Below, in pieces: positions 1-10,899 of a stretch of 64,000 nucleotides of DNA. This stretch comes from Felis catus. Lineage: Eukaryota. The position numbers were made by a program, and so were the translations under genes. Location: assembly GCF_018350175.1 (NCBI RefSeq), contig NC_058368.1, positions 204,664,001-204,728,000 of the forward strand. The letters are read 5' to 3'. Each line of letters begins with the position of its first letter. Within the stretch, counting starts at the first letter, position 1. A model generated the notes under the pieces. It did no database searches, was not told the origin of the DNA, and saw only the letters and a program-made list of their open reading frames with translations.

Positions 1-1157
1 TACTCAGAGTGAGCTATTAAAATGGTTTTAATGTTTTATCTCACAAACTGACTTTCTTTTGTGCAAAAGAATTCACCATTCTAGTAGGGAAATACAGAAA
101 ATTGACTATAATCCCCCCCCCCCAATAAATTAGCATTCTGCCTGAATAAAAGGATCAATTTGTGTATCAAGTACAATTCAAACCTGAGAATTTGCAGAAT
201 AACTACACTTTGCGACCACTTTTTTATCTTTAATCTGATTAATAATTTAAAGGGTACACACCTGAATTTCTGAACTATAAAGTGTTAATCATTTAGATCT
301 AATCTGCATGAATCTGCTTTTGATTCCATGAATGAATAAAACATTTGTATCTTAAGGGAACCTCCATGCTTACATTATTTGATATTACCAACATTTTTAG
401 TTGGTGCTGTTTTCTTTTGACTCTTCAGAAATGGTGAGGCATATTCTGCTTAGACCTAAGCCCTACTTCATCTTACTCTAAATATTTTTAATATTACATA
501 CTCTTTTAGGACTGCAGACTTCTAATTTAGACAGTTGCAAAGTGTAGCTCTTTGATAGTCACATAATATTATATATCCTGGGGAAAATGTGGGAAAGAAG
601 GACATTTCAACTCCACTATTTCTGAGAATGCTGAGTATTATAATTCCATTTCTTTCATTATGCTGAAATTTTTGTTGCATCAGACATGTTTTTAAATAAA
701 TGGGCTATTGGCCAAGACTTGAGGATACTGTAATTTTTTGTTGTGTGGAATTTGTGCTGCCATAGCAGTTATGAAAACCTCATGTGATTTGCAGAGCCTG
801 ATTTATGGTAAGGTAGTGGTTTGTGCATTCATAGAATTTATAAGTCTATACCAAATTGTATTTGACCAAGTCACAATGACTTATGTATTTTGATATCCTT
901 TATAGTGGCATATCTAGAAGATTTCAAAACGCTGGTATGAGACTCCCGGTAGTCTTGCTCTGACCTAACCTGGTATGTGGTGCCAGGGAGCTCACTTGAG
1001 ACCCCATTCAAGGAAGTTTACTGGAGGTGTGAATGGGTCTTAGTTATAAGACCATTAAACCAATAGCACCTATCCCAAACTGCTTGAGTATGATCATGAT
1101 ACAGAAAATATTGTACTGATATGTAATGATAAATGTAATGTTTGCCCTTTTTTTTAG

Positions 1158-1275
1158 ATGTGGCCGTCTTGTATACCATCTTGGTTTGCCTTACTCCTTC
1201 CTAACTTTCCCATATGTAGAAGAAGCCATTAAGATCGCTTACTGTGAAAAGAAATGTGGAAACTGCTCTCTCATG
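1158..1275 (+). CDS. SELENOP: Selenoprotein P, penultimate coding exon (exon 4)
   Basis: Translates to (R)CGRLVYHLGLPYSFLTFPYVEEAIKIAYCEKKCGNCSLM, the SelP N-terminal domain. Poly-T/AG acceptor at 1156-1157, GT donor at 1276. 118 nt, joins the next exon in phase 0. Confidence 0.97.
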
Positions 1276-2469
1276 GTATTTTATTTTTCTCAATTATTTC
1301 TCCTGGGAGAAAAGAGAAAGTCTTTTAAGAGTTCTCTAAATAAGTTAATATTTCATCACCCATTAGCTAAGCAATGTTTCTGTTGGTATACTAAAAATAA
1401 ACAACAGTGATTTTTATAATTACTTCCTATTATGTAACATACACTGTAAGACATTTTTTCCAGATCCGTATTGCTGCTTTTATCTAGAAGGAGTTTATAA
1501 AACAAAAACCAACATAGATGGCATATTTCAAATACCACCGAATGATGTTGGGTGTGTTCAAAATGCCTAAAGAATTCAGCCAACATAAAATATTATTGTA
1601 GTACTCTGAATGTGTTCACACGAGAGCATAGTGATGGCAAAGCTTATTCATGGCATTACCTGAAATGGAATTGAGGCCCAGATAGTTACGATATCAAAGA
1701 TCTAAGACTGCAGCTTTCCCATGAAGCCCTTACACTGTCTGCCCACTCTGCAGTCAGAATTACTGCATTTATTTCACAGTGGAATAAGTTTTCTACTTGT
1801 TACTGATATTTTTCTCCTAACAACCATGAGAATATTTACTCCTTTTTATGAGAAGCTCTACATTTAAGTATTGTTTATAAAAAGATACTCAAGGAATTGA
1901 TTTTAATTTATATTAACTAGACTCCCCCCTCCCCATATTGAAAAGGAAAACAATTACAAACAATGTTTCCTTAATAGGGAAAATTGGCAAAATTTGAACT
2001 CAGGTTTAAAAATAGTTCTGAATTTTATTTGAGAGCTATACATCCTTCAGATTTTTCCAGTTGTAAAGAAGCCATCTCGATTTGTAATGAATTACTTAAT
2101 TAATTAATTTAGTTGTTGTGGAGCACAACAGGTTAATTACTCTAGTTATATAATTTTTCACATTTTAATCTTCATTATAATCCTATGAAGCTTCGTCTAC
2201 TCTTTCTAAAGATGGGGAGACTGAAGTAATGCAAATAAAGTATTAACTCAATGTCTGACTTCTACTAAGTATGTAATAAATGCTAGTTATATTGATTCCT
2301 CATATTCTGGGGCTATTTTGCATTTTTGCAAATGCCTAATAGTTATAAATATACCCCGTTATATTGAAACAAGGGCAGAAACAGTCCCATAACATGCTTA
2401 AAATTTATGAACCTCTTGTAAATAGGATATACCATATATATCTGATGAGCCAAATCAAATTGGAGTTTT

Positions 2470-2652
2470 CCTTTTTCATAGTATCCTAGATGCCATCAAT
2501 TGTAGGACACATTATTTTATGTACTATTTTAAAAATGCTGTCAGCTAAGGTAGGACACTGTTATTACAACACCATCAATAATAGGATGCATTCTGATTTT
2601 AAAGATATTAAAATGTGAAAAAAATACCTTGTAGGATCAATAAAACCTAGTA
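2470..2652 (-). mobile_element. Old Tc2-type DNA transposon relic (MER104/Kanga-like)
   Basis: gatgcattctgattttaaagatattaaaatgtgaaaaaa resembles the recalled MER104 terminal sequence. Confidence 0.5.
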
Positions 2653-2780
2653 ATCCGTTTCAGAAACTAATTAGACCGCTACTGTCAACTTTTGAACATT
2701 TAGAACATTACATAGTATATTTTAAACATTTATCAAGTTGTTTATAAGCTTTTAATCAAATCACATTAAATACTCAAAAG

Positions 2781-3790
2781 GAAACAAGCGACAAAACTAA
2801 AAGGCATCCTGTGGAATGGGAGAAAATAGTTGCAAATGACATATCCGATAAAGGGTTAGTATTCAAAATATATAAAGGACGTCTAAAACTCATCACCAAA
2901 AAAAAAAAAAAAGAATAATTCAATTAAAAAATTGGCAGAAGACATGAATAGACACTTTTCCAAAGAAGACATACAGATAGTCAACGGACACATGGAAAGA
3001 TGCTCAACATCACTCATCATCAGGGACACACAAACCAAAACTACAATGAGATGTCACCTCACACCTGTCAGAAGGGCTAAAATCAACAACACAAGAAATA
3101 ACAGGTCTTGGTGAAGATGTGAACAAAGGGGAACTGTCTTATACTGTTGGTGGGAAGGCAAACTGGTGCGGCCACTCTGGAAAACAGTATGGAGGTTCCT
3201 CGGAAAGTTAAAGATAGAACTACCCTATGACCCAGCAATTGTGCTACTAGGTAGTACTAGTATTAGTACTAATTCAAGAGGATACGTGCACCCTGATGTT
3301 TATAGCAGCATTGTCCGCAATAGCCAAATTATGGGAACGGCCCAAGTGTCTGCTGATTGGTGAATGGATGAAGATGTGGTGCATATACAATGGAATATTA
3401 CTCAGCCATAAAAAAGAATGAGATCTTGCCATTTGCTAAGGATGTGGATAGAGCTAAAGAGTATTATGCTAAGTGAAATAAGTCTGAGAAAGACAAATGC
3501 CGTATGATTTCACTCATATGTGAAATTTAAGAAAAAAACAAATGAACTCACAGGGATAAAAAAGAGAGGCAAACCAAAAAACAGATTCTTAATTACAGAC
3601 AACAAACTGAGGGTTGCAGGAGGGGAGGCGGGCAAGGGGACTAGGGTAAATAGGTGATGGGGATTGAGGAGTGCACTTGTCATGAGCATCAGATGATGTG
3701 CAGAAGTGTTGAATCACTATAGTGTACACCTGAAACTAATATTACACTGTATGTTAATTAATAGGAATTTGAAGAAAAGCTTAAAAAATA
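2781..3790 (+). mobile_element. 5'-truncated carnivore L1 (ORF2 C-terminus and 3'UTR) in SELENOP intron 4
   Basis: Peptides [15 protein letters not shown]...HLTPVR and [21 protein letters not shown] are L1 ORF2; imperfect flanking repeat aaat(a/t)ctcaaaag. Confidence 0.92.
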
Positions 3791-4555
3791 GCACAAAATT
3801 CTCAAAAGCAATTCAGAAATAGCCAAAAACTGTACCACTTAATAGTTGTATGCAAAAATCCATGGAATTTTTAACCTTTCACAACACGGAACCATACCAC
3901 TTAGAAAATCAGTTTGAGGTGAAAAAGACTCACTAAAATTATTTATAAATCACTTTAGGGTAAGAGTTTCATATGATATTGCGATATCTATAAGCTTTGA
4001 GCTTATATTCGTAGGCACACAAGACAATAAAGACTTGGCAGCAAATTAACTAGATTGAGGCAGAATGGGATTGTATGCCCAATGGAAGATGGGCAGTAAT
4101 TTGCTACTTGCAGCTGCCAGCTCAACAGTAGGGACACAGTAACAAGACTGGTGAATGGTGAAGTTCAAAACATTTCCTGGCATAAGCTGAGGCGTGAAAA
4201 ACTGATTTTCAGCAGAGTTTATTGGCATTTTTGAATTGGCAGAAATTAGTTTGCTTCAGAATAGAACATTAAGTATGAATATAATATTAGAAGTATCCAT
4301 GTAGTTCGGCTGCTTTTAGGATTTGATATTTGTTTGACTTTACTGCAATCGATGTAAGTTCTTTTAACCAGTTTATTTAGTTTTGCTTCTGCAGATGTAA
4401 ATATAGTGGTTTGGCTTTCTTTTTAAGCCTTCTGTATCTCTTAAATTCTTCTTCAGGGTTCTTAAAAATCGGGGAAACGCTCTTGATAAGAAAAGGAAAA
4501 TTTGAATTCTGCTATTGATTTAACCAGTATAGAAGCTTAGGCGAACTGCTGAATT

Positions 4556-5034
4556 GTATTTATTTATTTATTTATTTATTTAATTTTATTTTTTTTAAAT
4601 TTTTTTTCAACGTTTATTTATTTTTGGGACAGAGAGAGACAGAGCATGAACGGGGGAGGGCCAGAGAGAGAGGGAGACACAGAATCGGAAACAGGCTCCA
4701 GGCCCTGAGCCATCAGCCCAGAGCCTGACGCGGGGCTCGAACTCACGGACCGCGAGATCGTGACCTGGCTGAAGTCGGACGCTTAACCGACTGCGCCACC
4801 CAGGCGCCCCATATTTATTTATTTATTAAAAAAAATTTTTTTAAACATCTTTATTTATTTTTGAGACAGGGAGAGACAGAGCATGAACAGGGGAGGGTCA
4901 GAGAGAGGGAGACACAGAATCTGAAACAGGCTTCAGGCTCTGAAGCCCCGACGCGGGGCTTGAACTCACGGACTGTGAGATCATGACCTGAGCCGAAGTC
5001 GGCTGCTTAACCGACTGAGCCACCCAGGCGCCCC
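4556..5034 (-). mobile_element. Two nested feliform CAN-SINEs
   Basis: Two GGGGCGCCTGGGTGG heads (4810, 5034), CT-rich region and A/T tails; outer TSD GAACTGCTGAATT (4543-4555, 5036-5048). Confidence 0.95.
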
Positions 5035-5371
5035 TGAACTGCTGAATTTTAATTGTCTTGTGCTTTGTTTTATCTATTTGCAAAACATTAATGTTAATTC
5101 CTTTGGAAGATGCTTGAGGATTCTCTGATTAAATGCAAACTTTGCATAAGAAGAACTTTATAATTATGTATGATTGGAACCAAATTTTAATAAAAAGTCT
5201 GGGTGTTGAAACACATCAAAATTTTATCTCATTAACATGATGCTAGAAAAACAAAGCCAGTTTAATCCTAATTACTTTGAATTTTATATATGTTAGCTTT
5301 ACAAATAATTTTTTGTGCACAGCTCCTAAATCTACAAATTTGTTGAAAAATGATTCATAAATTTGTTCTAG

Positions 5372-6013
5372 ACACCGGAAGATGAGGACTTCTGTAAAAT
5401 TGTATCTTCAGCTACCGTGGGAAATGCAACTGAGGCTCCACAGCCACATCACCACCACGACCATCACCACCATCATCACCATCATAATCATGAGCATGGG
5501 CATCAGCATCATGGGAATGGTGAACTTGCAGAGAACCAGCAACCAGAAACACCAGATGTCCCTGGGCACCCCCCTTCTCAAGTCCCTCATAACCACCACA
5601 AGCACAAGGACCACCAAAGACAGGGCCATCCAGAGGACTGAGATATGCCAGCAGGCAGTGAAAGTTTACAACTTTCTGTCCCACCAAAGAAGCTCTGACG
5701 AAAGGGATGTATAAATCAATTACACTGCAAATTGCCCAAAGATTCAGAGTTGGCTCCTAGCAGCTGATGCTGACACTGACGACATCTGATATTTGAAAAA
5801 ACAGGGTCTGCAATCACCTGACAATGTAAAGAAAACCTCCCCTCTTTATGTAGCTGACAGGGACTCTGGGCAGAGGAGAACGTCATTGAATCTTGACAGT
5901 GACGTTTGCCTCCAGCTGCCTGACACGCAATTCAGCAGCCCAAGCCCACAGAGGCCAGCACCAATTGAAGCTGAGAAAATAAGGCCAAAATGTGAAAATG
6001 ACCTTCATACTAA
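5372..6013 (+). CDS. SELENOP: Selenoprotein P, last exon coding part (His-rich region and Sec-rich C-terminal domain, 14 in-frame TGA read as Sec)
   Basis: AG acceptor at 5370-5371. Reads TPEDEDFCKIVSS...GHPEDUDMPAGSE...KKLURKGCINQLHCKLP...SSUCUHURHLIFEKTGSAITUQCKENLPSLCSUQG...ESUQURLPPAAUH...NUSUENKAKMUKUPSY then TAA (6011-6013). TGA at 5639, 5696, 5765, 5771, 5777, 5819, 5855, 5894, 5900, 5921, 5966, 5972, 5993, 5999. Confidence 0.97.
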
Positions 6014-6262
6014 ATATTTTAAATAGGATTTTACTCCCCAAGTCAGTCTAGACAATTTCGTTTCCAGCATTTTTATATGCTACCTAATTAATGATCTAAA
6101 ACTAAGAATTGGATTTGTACAAAACACGGGAAATCTATTATATTGCCTCCCAAATTTTAAAATTTAAGTCAAAGAAATTTTGACCTAAACCAAATTTTTA
6201 TTATTTTATTATAAAGGTGATTGCAGCACTTGGTTAATATGTTTTTCTTTTTCTTTTTCCAG

Positions 6263-6341
6263 CATTCTACTTGCATTAATGAGAACAGAGACATAAACTA
6301 TGACCTAGGGGTTTCTGTTGGATAGTTAGCAATTTAGAATG
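6263..6341 (+). promoter_or_regulatory. SELENOP: SELENOP SECIS 1 (form 2)
   Basis: ATGA core 6279-6282; helix II AACAGAGAC/GTTTCTGTT; AAA 6295-6297; apical mini-helix CTA/TAG; 3' GA at 6321-6322; lower stem CATTCTA/TAGAATG. Confidence 0.95.
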
Positions 6342-6700
6342 GAGAAAGAACAACAAAGACATGTTTTCCATTTTTTTCTTTACTTATTTCTCAAAAAAAT
6401 ACTTTTCTTTTTAATCTTACATTTTTAACTGATTAAATCTTATAAAGAACTGCCTTTATAATTCTTTCAGGTTCCAGAAATACTGACACATGAATATTTT
6501 GCTGTGACTACATTTTAAATATCCATTTATACTTTGTATGTCTAAGAGTCATAGTCTTGATTTTTACTATCACATATGAATGAAACTCTTATGTCTTATT
6601 TTCTTTATCTAGCATTATTATATCATACTGTTTAAAATTTGAGATAGTCTGTCTTGAAAGATGTAATGGAGAAGGTAAATGAATGTTGTCTGTCTCTTGA

Positions 6701-6794
6701 TTGCTTAGAAAGTATTTCCATAGTCAATGATGGTTCAATAGGTAAACTACGTGCTATAAACCTGAACTCCTCTATGGTTAATACTATTAAGCAA
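6701..6794 (+). promoter_or_regulatory. SELENOP: SELENOP SECIS 2 (form 1)
   Basis: ATGA 6727-6730, AAA 6744-6746, TGA 6763-6765; helix II GGTTCAATAG/CTATAAACC; helix I CCATAG/CTATGG extended by TTGCTTA/TAAGCAA. Confidence 0.93.
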
Positions 6795-6834
6795 GAATGT
6801 GGTACACACAGTTGGCCAAATGTGGATTTGTTTA

Positions 6835-6840
6835 AATAAA
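6835..6840 (+). terminator. SELENOP: SELENOP polyadenylation signal
   Basis: First AATAAA after SECIS 2. Confidence 0.85.
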
Positions 6841-6974
6841 CTCAATTTAAAATGTTTAAAGCGATCTTTTTTTCATTGTTATTATTTAGGTAATATGTTA
6901 TATTAATGACAGAAGTGGCATTTTCAACTGCTTTTAAAGAAATGAAGTAGCAACTAATGAATTTACTGTCATAC

Positions 6975-7124
6975 TCAAAACCGTCTACGCTTAGGGCAAG
7001 AACCTTTGTCAAAAGGTTTAAGTTGAGAATCTTTGTCAACAGAGAGACGTTGCTCTAAATTGCGAATGGTATTACGAAGAACTGCAATCTCCTTGTTTTT
7101 TTCTTCTTGAAGATGTTGAAGCTT
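6975..7124 (-). CDS. CCDC152: CCDC152 last coding exon (exon 9)
   Basis: AG acceptor at 7126-7125; KLQHLQEEKNKEIAVLRNTIRNLEQRLSVDKDSQLKPFDKGSCPKRRRF then TGA (6977-6975). Confidence 0.95.
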   Translation of the reverse strand, partial: KLQHLQEEKNKEIAVLRNTIRNLEQRLSVDKDSQLKPFDKGSCPKRRRF

Positions 7125-7536
7125 CTAAATAAAGCAGCAAAAAATTTGTTATTGCAATTCAGAAATAGTAAGATTAAATACAAGAAGCAACAAAACAACA
7201 AAAACTACATTTCTGGTTTAAGTAGATTAAAAAAGCTTGTTTTGAAAGGTTTATGATTTTATTTTTATGAGGCTTATGGGGTACAACTGGAATAAGGATA
7301 TTAAAACACGTTTCAGCACCATTTGTTTTAGTTTATTCTCTTTTTTGTATATAGCTTGAAGTTCTGAATCATAAAGTAGGAGTTGAACAATAAAAAAAAT
7401 ATATTACCTAAGTGCCTAAATAACTTCAGAATAGTAGGTCAGCCTTAGTTCAGAACAGATCATGGAATTCCTTACATGACCAAAGATCAGACGACTTCTC
7501 TAACGTTTTAATTTAATGCTAAGCTTTACTATGTCT

Positions 7537-7671
7537 TTAAATTTTTTAAAGTTTTATTTATTTTTGAGAGAGAGGGAGAGAGGAGGAGAGAGAGGCTCAA
7601 ACTCGTGAACCACGAGATCATGACCTGAGCTGAAGTTGGACACTTAACTGACTGAGCCACCTGGGCACCCC
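7537..7671 (-). mobile_element. Internally deleted CAN-SINE
   Basis: SINE head at 7671, shortened body, TSD-like taag(c/a)tttactat. Confidence 0.85.
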
Positions 7672-7859
7672 TAAGATTTACTATTTTAAATTGAAAGTGA
7701 CTTTTAAGTATTATTCAAAACCTAGTATCTTTCTGGTTGTGTGATATATTTTAAGAAAAACTTAAGTATATTGTTAGTAAATACTAGATAGCTTTTATAG
7801 AAACACACTGAGAACATTTATTTTCTTACACAATGACTATGGAAAAAAATGTCACATAC

Positions 7860-7943
7860 CCTTCTGTAGATACTCTGTGGCAAAACAGTAGAATCTGCAT
7901 AGGATTTTGATTTAGTTTGAACTCTTGCTAGTTTGGCATCAAA
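7860..7943 (-). CDS. CCDC152: CCDC152 exon 8
   Basis: 84 nt, FDAKLARVQTKSKSYADSTVLPQSIYRR; ttcag acceptor, gtatgt donor; phase 0/0. Confidence 0.95.
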
Positions 7944-9267
7944 CTGAATCAAGTTTAAAAAGAAAGTCATTGAGAACATTCTAGTTAAACAACTGCTTCT
8001 ATAAATATAAGTATAATCCATTATATCTTTTAACATGCAATCTCTAATTTAAGTATATTCTCTGTACAATACAATATAGAGAAGTTTTTCTTTAAGAAAC
8101 AGTTTTTAAGAAAGAGCAAGGAACACCCAAACAAGATTAACCTTGCTCCATGTTAAAATTTCCTGGGGAGCTTTTTAAAAGTACCAAACACCTGGGCACT
8201 ACCTTAGAGATTCTGGGATGGAGTCAGCATTATCTTTTTAAGACATTAAAAAGATAGATGATAGATGATTCTATCATGCAAGGCAAAGAATCTAGATAAC
8301 TAGGGTTGAGAGTCTAGTTAAAGATGGATAAAAATATTTTCACGTTACTGTGAGTATCCTTTTGTAAAGAAATGTAGTATAGTCAACAGTCATGGGATAA
8401 AAACTCATATACTCTAAAAACTTTGAGACTAAGTGGTAGAATCTGGATATAATTTTGTTGATTCAGTCTGAACTCTTACTATTTTGACATTAAACTGAAT
8501 CAGGTTTAAAAAATTCTCATAAGTTATTCTTACAGGTCATATATACATATATTTTTTGCAAAATCTTTCATTATAATTCTTCCCTTCGGGTTGAGTTCAG
8601 TGTAGCCTCTCTGTGGTCTAAAAACAAACTCTGTGAGATTGTGTTCTGATTTGAGGAGAAAAATGGACAGCTACAATGAAGACGAGGAACAAAAAGAGTT
8701 GTGTGCATCAGTGTAAACCACAGATTTGGGCTCCACCAGACACAGGGCACAGATGGCAAACAAAATGCACATTTTCAATCAATGGATTAGAAGTTGATGG
8801 TAGAACCTGAAACATGGCTTATTGTTTCTCAGTTGGCTATCCAGACCTCTCCGTGGGTTGTGGGCACACTTGACCAGAGACAGTAGCAGCAGCAAAATGC
8901 CTGTCAAGTCAACATCAGTTCCCTTTTGCTCAAAGATTATACAGATTTCAACACTGAACCTCACCAAACACCCCAGAGATACCAAACTTCCATGAACGTG
9001 AATAGTAAGTTATCTTTAATAACCAAACTGGGGAATTCTGACAACATAAAGTAAGGTGGGAGTCAGACTGGGGAAAAGCAATGGAAGAATGATGGAAATG
9101 GAGATGGGTAGAATCTAGAAAAAAATTTTAAAGAACAAATATATTGTCAAAACATCAATGTCTCTGAGATTCTGACATCTGGTTAAACAACCTACTGAAA
9201 AGGCTTTAGAGCCTAGAACTAGAACTGCAGCCTTTGAGATGCCCTATGTAAGGTCCCTTTAACATTT

Positions 9268-9343
9268 ATTTATTTTTTTAATTTATTTTTATTATTATTA
9301 TTTTTAAAATACAATTTATTGTCAAATTGGTTTCCATACAACA
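9268..9343 (-). mobile_element. Extremely 5'-truncated felid L1 3' end
   Basis: aatttattgtcaaattggtttccatacaacac (L1_Fc-like terminus) plus A/T tail; perfect flanking repeat CCTTTAACATTT (9256-9267, 9344-9355). Confidence 0.8.
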
Positions 9344-9855
9344 CCTTTAACATTTTTTTAAACATCTAGTTTATCTGCCCTTCTGATATGTATTGTCCAC
9401 ACATTTATTAGGGAGCAACCTGCCTCTTTTTAATAAAAGTTGAAGGAATTTCTATTGGTTTTCCAGGGTTCCACAATTTCTGCTGAGGAGAGAAAAATGT
9501 TAACGATTAGATACACTCTCCCCACTGCTGGAATGGTAGTCCTATGAAGCTTGCATAGACTCAGCTACAAAGTGTGGGTTATCCTTGAAATATCGATCTC
9601 CAGTCTCAGAGTAAACAGTACCCTCTCTGGAAACCAGGACCTTTTGAATGACTGAAGAATCCCACCTTCCAGCCAAATGCTGCAAGGTAGCGTAGCTAGC
9701 GTGGTCTGGTGTTTGAGAACTGCACGTGACGGAGAATGAGTGTGTCGGGGTTGTTTCTATACCTGACATTTATCTCACTGTGATGAAAAATAACCAAAAT
9801 TCAATCTAGACTTAAGGGATGCATCTTCAAATTTAGCAGACCCTTAAACACTTAC

Positions 9856-9983
9856 CTCGAGCTGTAATTTGATTATTTCACTTTGTTTTTCCTTTTCTTG
9901 AGTTTTTAACTTTGCATTTAACTCTGAAATTTCCACCTCCTTTTTCTCTATCAGTTCTTTATGCTTTTCTTCATTTGACTCAA
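9856..9983 (-). CDS. CCDC152: CCDC152 exon 7
   Basis: 128 nt, (I)ESNEEKHKELIEKKEVEISELNAKLKTQEKEKQSEIIKLQLE; ttcag / gtaagt; phase 1/0. Confidence 0.95.
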
Positions 9984-10256
9984 CTGAATAAAACGAAAAT
10001 AAATAAATAACTAATCAGTTAATTCATCTTAACATTTCAAACATTTTATAAGCTTGTATTTCATTAGCATTTTAAACAATCCATAAGCAAGTACATTTTG
10101 GTAATAAGTACACATATTTTAGAAACTGTTTATATGCAGGGTAGGTTTTATATATTTTGAATAAGCCCCTACAAAATGCTTGAAACACAAAGATCACCCA
10201 TTAACTGCTTCTGAACAAATAAGCTGATTTGTATTCTTAAACATGAATTATATATA

Positions 10257-10467
10257 GGGGTGTCTGGGTGGCTCAATCAGTTAAGTGTCCGACTTTGACT
10301 TGGATCAGGATCTCGCAGTTTGTGAGTTCGAGCTCTGCATCAGGCTCTGTGCTGACAGCTCAGAGCTTGGAGCCTGCTTCGGATTCTGTGTCTCCCTCTC
10401 TCAATGCTTCTCCCCTGCTCGTGCTCTCTCTCTCTCAAAAATAAACAAACATTTTAAAAATTAAAAA
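10257..10467 (+). mobile_element. CAN-SINE
   Basis: Head, body and tail; TSD aaacatgaattatata. Confidence 0.93.
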
Positions 10468-10606
10468 AAACATGAATTATATATAATTATATAATATATA
10501 AATAATATAATATGTAATATAGTAATAATAAAATTAATAATTAATTATTAATAATATAACATATTAATAATATATAATACATATAATATTTTATATATAT
10601 ATGAGA

Positions 10607-10608
<2 letters not shown>

Positions 10609-10648
<40 letters not shown>
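10609..10648. repeat. (AT)20 microsatellite with adjacent AT-rich low complexity
   Basis: Direct reading. Confidence 0.95.
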
Positions 10649-10654
<6 letters not shown>

Positions 10655-10899
10655 CAATAAATAGGAGACTTAGTGGTTAAACAGGGACACAAGGCCTGGG
10701 TTCCTAGGTACAGGGGGTCCCAAATTACTGGATGATTCTAGAGCTACATCAAACCCCTGCTATACTCTGTTCCACGTGATTGGGCCTCTGTCATGTTCAC
10801 ACCATGTTTCTATGCTTCATCAAATTTCCTCTGCTCTTATCTTTCCTATTCCTACCAGTGATACCATATTATCCAGTATGGGAGTCTCAAGGACATTTC

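Noticed and set aside
999..1040. 11-bp imperfect inverted repeat upstream of SELENOP exon 4
   Set aside because: Short, bulged and expected by chance; no supporting motif.
5372..6013. SELENOP last exon as a pseudogene full of stop codons
   Set aside because: All 14 interruptions are TGA at Sec/Cys-type positions, the frame has no indels, and two SECIS elements follow.
5382..6026. ORF-track ORFs in other frames or strand over the SELENOP last exon (110, 73, 91, 77 aa)
   Set aside because: Shadows of the His-codon repeat and the true frame.
6963..6977. CCDC152 ends TGA GTA TGA CAG TAA, which would read U-V-U-Q if recoded
   Set aside because: Its 3'UTR holds only the reverse complement of the SECIS elements, which lacks the AUGA/AA/GA core; ordinary stop.
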